DNA from: a virus
Length of the DNA: 64,000 bases
Virus record (IMG/VR): IMGVR_UViG_3300009164_000047
Coordinates: 1 to 64,000 of that record
Direction: 5' to 3' (one strand)
The notes under the pieces: generated by a model
What the model saw: the letters and a program-made list of their open reading frames with translations, nothing else
Databases searched by the model: none
Told to the model about the DNA's origin: nothing
Program-made: the position numbers and the translations under genes
Shown: one piece after another, positions 59,409 to 64,000 of the stretch
Numbering within the stretch: position 1 is the first letter of the stretch
How the letters are laid out: each line of letters begins with the position of its first letter

Positions 59409-62400
59409 TCATAATCCAAATCGTTTTTTAAACCTATTAAAGTTTGTAGTAACTTCTTCTGCCGATAAAGCACGATTGTATACCGCAACTTGATTAATTC
59501 TTGCACTAGCATACTCATTAGCAATGGCATCACCGCCAACATAGAATGGCATAGCAGTAGTCCTAAAAGTTGGTTGATCGGCATCACGTACTCCTACCTG
59601 TATGCCATTTACATACAGTTTCATATTAGCTGTTCCACTTTGTGACCCATCATAGACCGCTGTGATATTTTGCCATGTGTTGAGAGTGAACATATAGTAT
59701 ATTTCAGCGGGAGACATCTCAAATTTCTGTGTGGTTAATTTGTAAAACGTAGATCCTACAGCTCTATAACCCATTAAAAGACTAGAATCAGAGTTTGTAA
59801 CAGGATAAACCCATATACTCCAGGTAAATGCTGTGGATGCTGATTGTATCGGAGTTTGATAGGCAGGTGTCCCGCTAAAAATAACTCTTTTCGCCTCGCT
59901 ACTTACAAAACTAAAATAACTACTATCAGTTGCCGAAGTAAATGCAGGACCAGTATAAAGTTGACTAGAACCAATATGTAGTAAACCATCAGTTCCGTTA
60001 CCACTCAAATCTTTCCAAGTTTGTCCTGTTCCTGAATAACTTGAAGATTTTCCTGCATCCAAATAAAGTTGTAACCCGGAAGAGATGGGTGTTGATGTAC
60101 TGGTATCTCCAATAGAAACAGCGTTAATACCAGAGCTACTAGTACTAGTAATTACCGGGGTACTGGTATAACTGGTTTCACGAATCTCTAACATAAAAAA
60201 TTCAGTTCCCTCTGTTGTTAGATCCGCAATAGCAGTTCGAGTAATAACAGCTTGGTTATTCTGTACTGTGACTGTACCCTGAAGCAGACCGTCTGTGAAA
60301 TCATCAGCGGAAACAGCGTAACCGGGGTACGCATAAGTGGTCCAATATAATGTTGTACCGTTGGCAACGTTGGTGGTGGTCAGAGTAAATGTTGCCGTAT
60401 AATTACCTTCGGATATATACCAGTTAAGTGACAAATTATCGGTTACTCCAATGAATGATACATATGCTGGTGTAGGTGTTGTACTTGTATCATTAATAGT
60501 AACAGTATTACTTGTAGCAACCACATCTCCGATAACACTGACTGTTCTAATACTAACTGTAAATGTTTCTGCACCCTCGGTAGTTAAATCAGCAGTGGGT
60601 GTTACTGAGAAAGAGCCAGTATTAGATGTAATTGTAAATGACCCATTAATGGTAGAAAAGTCACCTGAGTTAGTAGCAATAGTCCAATATAATGTTGTGC
60701 TATTAGCTACATTGGTAGTAGTAACATTAAATGTACCAGCACTACCTTCATTGATTGATGTGGGTATTACTCCAAATGCATATGTGGGGCTAGTACTAGT
60801 ATCATTGATAGTAACATTATTACTTGTAGCAACCACATTAACAAACTGACTGTCGGTACTAATTTTAACAATGAATGTTTCATTTCCTTCTGTAGTGATA
60901 TCTGCTGTTGGTGTTACTGAAAAAGAACCAGTATTAGATGTAATAGTAAATGACCCGTTAATGGTAGAAAAGTCACCTGAGTTAGTATATACAAACCAAT
61001 ATAGTATAGTGCTATTAGCTACATTGGTAGTAGTAACATTAAATGTACCGGAGCTACCTTCATTGATTGATGCGGGTATTACTCCAAATGCGTATGTGGG
61101 CGGGGGAGTAATGCTAGTATCATTGATAGTAACAGTATTACTTGTAGCAACCACATCTCCGGTAACACTGACTTTTCTAATACTAACAGTAAATGTTTCG
61201 TTTCCTTCCGTAGTTAAATCAGCAGTGGGTGTTACTGAGAAAGAGCCAGTATTAGATGTAATTGTAAATGACCCATTAATAGTAGAAAAATCACCTGAGT
61301 TAGTAGCTATAGTCCAAAATAGAATGGTTGCGTTAGCTACGTTAGTAGTTGTAACATTAAATGTACCGGCGCTACCTTCATTGATTGATGTGGGTATTAC
61401 TCCAAATGCATATGTGGGGTCAGTACTAGTATCATTGATAGTAACAGTATTACTTGTAGCAACCACATCTCCGGTAACACTGACTTTTCTAATACTAACT
61501 GTAAATGTTTCATTTCCTTCTGTAGTGATATCAGCAGTGGGTGTTACTGTAAAAGAACCAGTATTAGATGTAATTATAAATGAACCTTTAAAATCTCCAA
61601 AGTCACCTGAGTTAGTAGCTATAGTCCAATATAATGTTGTGCCATTAACAACATTGGTTGTTATGACATTAAATGTACCAGCACTACCTTCATTGATTGA
61701 TGTGGGTATTACTCCAAATGCATATGTGGGGTCAGTACTTGTATCGTTAATTGTTACTGGTAAACTAGTAGCAACTACATTAATAAACTGATTGTCGGTA
61801 CTAATTTTAACAATAAATGTTTCGCTTCCTTCTGTAGTAGCATCCAATGTCGGTGTTACTGAGAACGAGCCAGTATTAGATGTAATTGTAAATGACCCGT
61901 TAATGGTAGAAAAGTCACCTGTGTTAGTATCTACAAACCAATATAGAATGGTTGCGTTAGCTACGTCAGTAGTAGTAACATTAAATGTACCGGCGCTACC
62001 TTCATTGATTGATGTGGGTATTACTCCAAATGCATATGTAGGCGGGCTAGTACTTGTATCATTGATAGTAACAGTATTACTTGTAGCAACTACATCTCCG
62101 ATAACACTGCCTATCCTGATTTTAACAGTAAATGCCTCCGCACCCTCGGTAGTTAAATCAGCAGTGGGTGTTACTGAAAAAGAACCAGTATTATTTGTAA
62201 TGATAACTGAACCATTAATAGTAGAAAAGTCACCTGCGTTAGTAGCTAGAGTCCAATATAGTGTGGTGCCGTTGATAATATTAGTTGTAGTAACATTAAA
62301 TGTACCAGCACTACCTTCATTTATTGATGCGGGTATTACTCCAAATGCATATGTGGGGTATGTTGGATCTATTAATGTAATTGTTGGAGTTTGAGCAAAT

Positions 62401-64000
62401 ACAGTAGTAGTGATGTCACTATTTTTTCTTAGTTGTATTGTAAATGTTTCATTACGTTCAGGTAATTCACTCGCAAGAATGGTAATATTAAATATTCCGG
62501 AACCCGATGATTCGTTCCCAGTTGAGTTTAAGAATGAGCCTGAAGATACTGAAAAGTCATTAGTTGAAGTTGTTAAATGATTTATAGTCCAATATAAAGT
62601 TGATCCAATAGGAACATTGGTCGTCCTAACTGTATAACTATAAGAAATTCCCTCAGTTACTGATGTTACTGGACTATCAAATGTATAAGTTGGGGTTAAT
62701 GAAGTATCGGTAATCAATATAACATCACTTATTGCTACTAAAGGTCCTATTGTAATCAAATCTACATATCTTCTTACTACTATTCTAAAAGACTCAAGAC
62801 CTTCTGTCAATCTATCTAACCAGGGGGTAAGTGAAAACGAACCGGTAGAAAGTGCAAAGGTTCCTGAATGGTTGAACATATTTTCTATTATTATTGGAGG
62901 TGTTGAAGTTGAATATACTCTAGGATATGATCCGGTATAAGTTAGTGTTAAATTAAAAGTAGAATTATCAACCATAGACATGTTAGTACATATTAATAAT
63001 ACTGTATTTGTAATATTTGTTAATTGTACGGGTGTTGATGATATTGTAAAATTAGAAGTGTATAATGCTGTACCTTTAATTATACGTAGATTGCTTATAT
63101 TTCCATTAAAGTATCCATTAGCACCAAACCCAATTCTTGATCTAGTATAAGTGAAGTTGTTAGTAACTGATGCGCTACCCTGGCTTAATCCATCTACGAA
63201 CATATATAATGTCCCGTTTGATCTAGTAACAGCTACATGATACCATCTGTCACGTGCTAGTGCAGTAGTCCCGGTTAGTTTATTAACATTTTTCGTACCA
63301 AATATTAATCTGTTGCTACTGTTAATATAAAACCCGTAACCTGGCCCTTCTAGCTCACCTGTGCCGGGTGCTGGTACTCTAGTGTCGTATATTGCTTGAC
63401 TTACATTTATAGTTGTCAAATAAATCCAACATTCTATGGTAAAATCTGAGGTTTCCATAGCAAGTACACTGTTACTATCCATTACTAGAGAACTTGACCC
63501 GTTAAAATTTACAGAAGATGTTAGTGAATTACTTACAAAATCTAAGATAGTAGCAGAACCGTCATTAATCTCCCAATAATAAGACGTAGGATTAACTGAA
63601 GTAGTTTGAAAATTAACAGTTGTAGTAACACCCTCAGACATTACTCTTGGTAATAACGGGAAAGTATATTCTGGGTTCTTTGAAGTATCAACTAACACTA
63701 TAGGTGAAACTGACGCTACAATAGTACCAGGTGCAATTGCTGTTCTAAGATTTAATATAAATGATTTATCGCCACCTGTAACTCCCCCTCCTACTGTTGT
63801 AATTGAAAAAGTGCCTACCCCTGCAGTAAGTGTGATTGTTCCCGAAACCGCACCACTAAAATTACCGGCAGCGGTCGTATCATTTACAATATCCCAGTAT
63901 AATGTAGTAATTGTAGTATTAATTGCATTTACAGTGTATGTTGTAGTAGTATCCTCATTTATATAAGTACTTGGATTTATAAAATAATATGATTCTGTAT
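59409..64000 (-). CDS. Large adhesin-like protein with Calx-beta/Ig-like repeats and two LamG domains (5' end outside the window)
   Basis: The frame stays open upstream of the track's GTG at 63698 and encodes another repeat (TLYWDIVND). C-terminal GLQLYLDAG..VYNRALSAEEV LamG. Confidence 0.82.
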   Translation of the reverse strand, partial: TESYYFINPSTYINEDTTTTYTVNAINTTITTLYWDIVNDTTAAGNFSGAVSGTITLTAGVGTFSITTVGGGVTGGDKSFILNLRTAIAPGTIVASVSPIVLVDTSKNPEYTFPLLPRVMSEGVTTTVNFQTTSVNPTSYYWEINDGSATILDFVSNSLTSSVNFNGSSSLVMDSNSVLAMETSDFTIECWIYLTTINVSQAIYDTRVPAPGTGELEGPGYGFYINSSNRLIFGTKNVNKLTGTTALARDRWYHVAVTRSNGTLYMFVDGLSQGSASVTNNFTYTRSRIGFGANGYFNGNISNLRIIKGTALYTSNFTISSTPVQLTNITNTVLLICTNMSMVDNSTFNLTLTYTGSYPRVYSTSTPPIIIENMFNHSGTFALSTGSFSLTPWLDRLTEGLESFRIVVRRYVDLITIGPLVAISDVILITDTSLTPTYTFDSPVTSVTEGISYSYTVRTTNVPIGSTLYWTINHLTTSTNDFSVSSGSFLNSTGNESSGSGIFNITILASELPERNETFTIQLRKNSDITTTVFAQTPTITLIDPTYPTYAFGVIPASINEGSAGTFNVTTTNIINGTTLYWTLATNAGDFSTINGSVIITNNTGSFSVTPTADLTTEGAEAFTVKIRIGSVIGDVVATSNTVTINDTSTSPPTYAFGVIPTSINEGSAGTFNVTTTDVANATILYWFVDTNTGDFSTINGSFTITSNTGSFSVTPTLDATTEGSETFIVKISTDNQFINVVATSLPVTINDTSTDPTYAFGVIPTSINEGSAGTFNVITTNVVNGTTLYWTIATNSGDFGDFKGSFIITSNTGSFTVTPTADITTEGNETFTVSIRKVSVTGDVVATSNTVTINDTSTDPTYAFGVIPTSINEGSAGTFNVTTTNVANATILFWTIATNSGDFSTINGSFTITSNTGSFSVTPTADLTTEGNETFTVSIRKVSVTGDVVATSNTVTINDTSITPPPTYAFGVIPASINEGSSGTFNVTTTNVANSTILYWFVYTNSGDFSTINGSFTITSNTGSFSVTPTADITTEGNETFIVKISTDSQFVNVVATSNNVTINDTSTSPTYAFGVIPTSINEGSAGTFNVTTTNVANSTTLYWTIATNSGDFSTINGSFTITSNTGSFSVTPTADLTTEGAETFTVSIRTVSVIGDVVATSNTVTINDTSTTPTPAYVSFIGVTDNLSLNWYISEGNYTATFTLTTTNVANGTTLYWTTYAYPGYAVSADDFTDGLLQGTVTVQNNQAVITRTAIADLTTEGTEFFMLEIRETSYTSTPVITSTSSSGINAVSIGDTSTSTPISSGLQLYLDAGKSSSYSGTGQTWKDLSGNGTDGLLHIGSSQLYTGPAFTSATDSSYFSFVSSEAKRVIFSGTPAYQTPIQSASTAFTWSIWVYPVTNSDSSLLMGYRAVGSTFYKLTTQKFEMSPAEIYYMFTLNTWQNITAVYDGSQSGTANMKLYVNGIQVGVRDADQPTFRTTAMPFYVGGDAIANEYASARINQVAVYNRALSAEEVTTNFNRFKKRFGL
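60475..62360 (-). repeat. Six near-identical ~315-bp coding tandem repeats
   Basis: PTYAFGVIP(T/A)SINEGS.GTFNV...VTINDTS occurs six times with long DNA identities such as GGGTATTACTCCAAATGC. Confidence 0.95.

Noticed and set aside
59380-59412. 10-codon ORF MNIGNIQILT coupled to the adhesin stop
   Set aside because: Too short to support; at most a gene remnant.
60475-62360. CRISPR array or DGR template/variable repeats
   Set aside because: These are in-frame ~315-bp coding repeats with no spacers, no evident adenine-specific variation and no RT or cas genes.
60451-62394. Long plus-strand ORFs (132, 306 and 200 aa)
   Set aside because: Antisense shadows of the Thr-rich repeat gene.
1-64000. 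Stop-codon reassignment as in some jumbo phages
   Set aside because: Code-11 ORFs tile the window densely, including an unbroken 16-kb ORF, and TAA, TAG and TGA all end genes.

Overview
A 64-kb, AT-rich segment of a large T4-like (jumbo) myovirus genome, standard genetic code. From left to right it carries: a portal gene (partial); two paralogous tape-measure-like genes, one ending in an M15 peptidase; a gp26-like/gp51-like hub chaperone pair; a ~520-nt hairpin-dense non-coding region; a Holliday-junction resolvase; gp46/gp47 (Rad50/Mre11); a gp55 late sigma factor; and a long baseplate operon (gp48/54-, gp53-, gp27-, gp5-, gp25-, gp6-like and a 5371-aa gp7-like protein) with fibre genes. An accessory region follows: a glycosyltransferase/radical-SAM/2OG-oxygenase cluster, a two-piece tmRNA, LamG/Ig adhesins, pqqA and an outer-membrane porin. 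The tmRNA tag (ANDSQFALAA), the PqqA sequence and the beta-barrel suggest a Gram-negative, probably betaproteobacterial, host (inference). The strongest signals absent from the ORF track are: (1) a circularly permuted tmRNA whose intervening segment holds its own SD-led 56-codon ORF; (2) a textbook -1 frameshift cassette fusing the gp26-like and gp51-like ORFs; (3) a stand-alone phage pqqA; (4) the unexplained structured element at 7018-7536; (5) repeated leaderless-mRNA promoter geometry; (6) nested LamG domain insertions. Protein family calls come from motif recognition and synteny, not from database searches.
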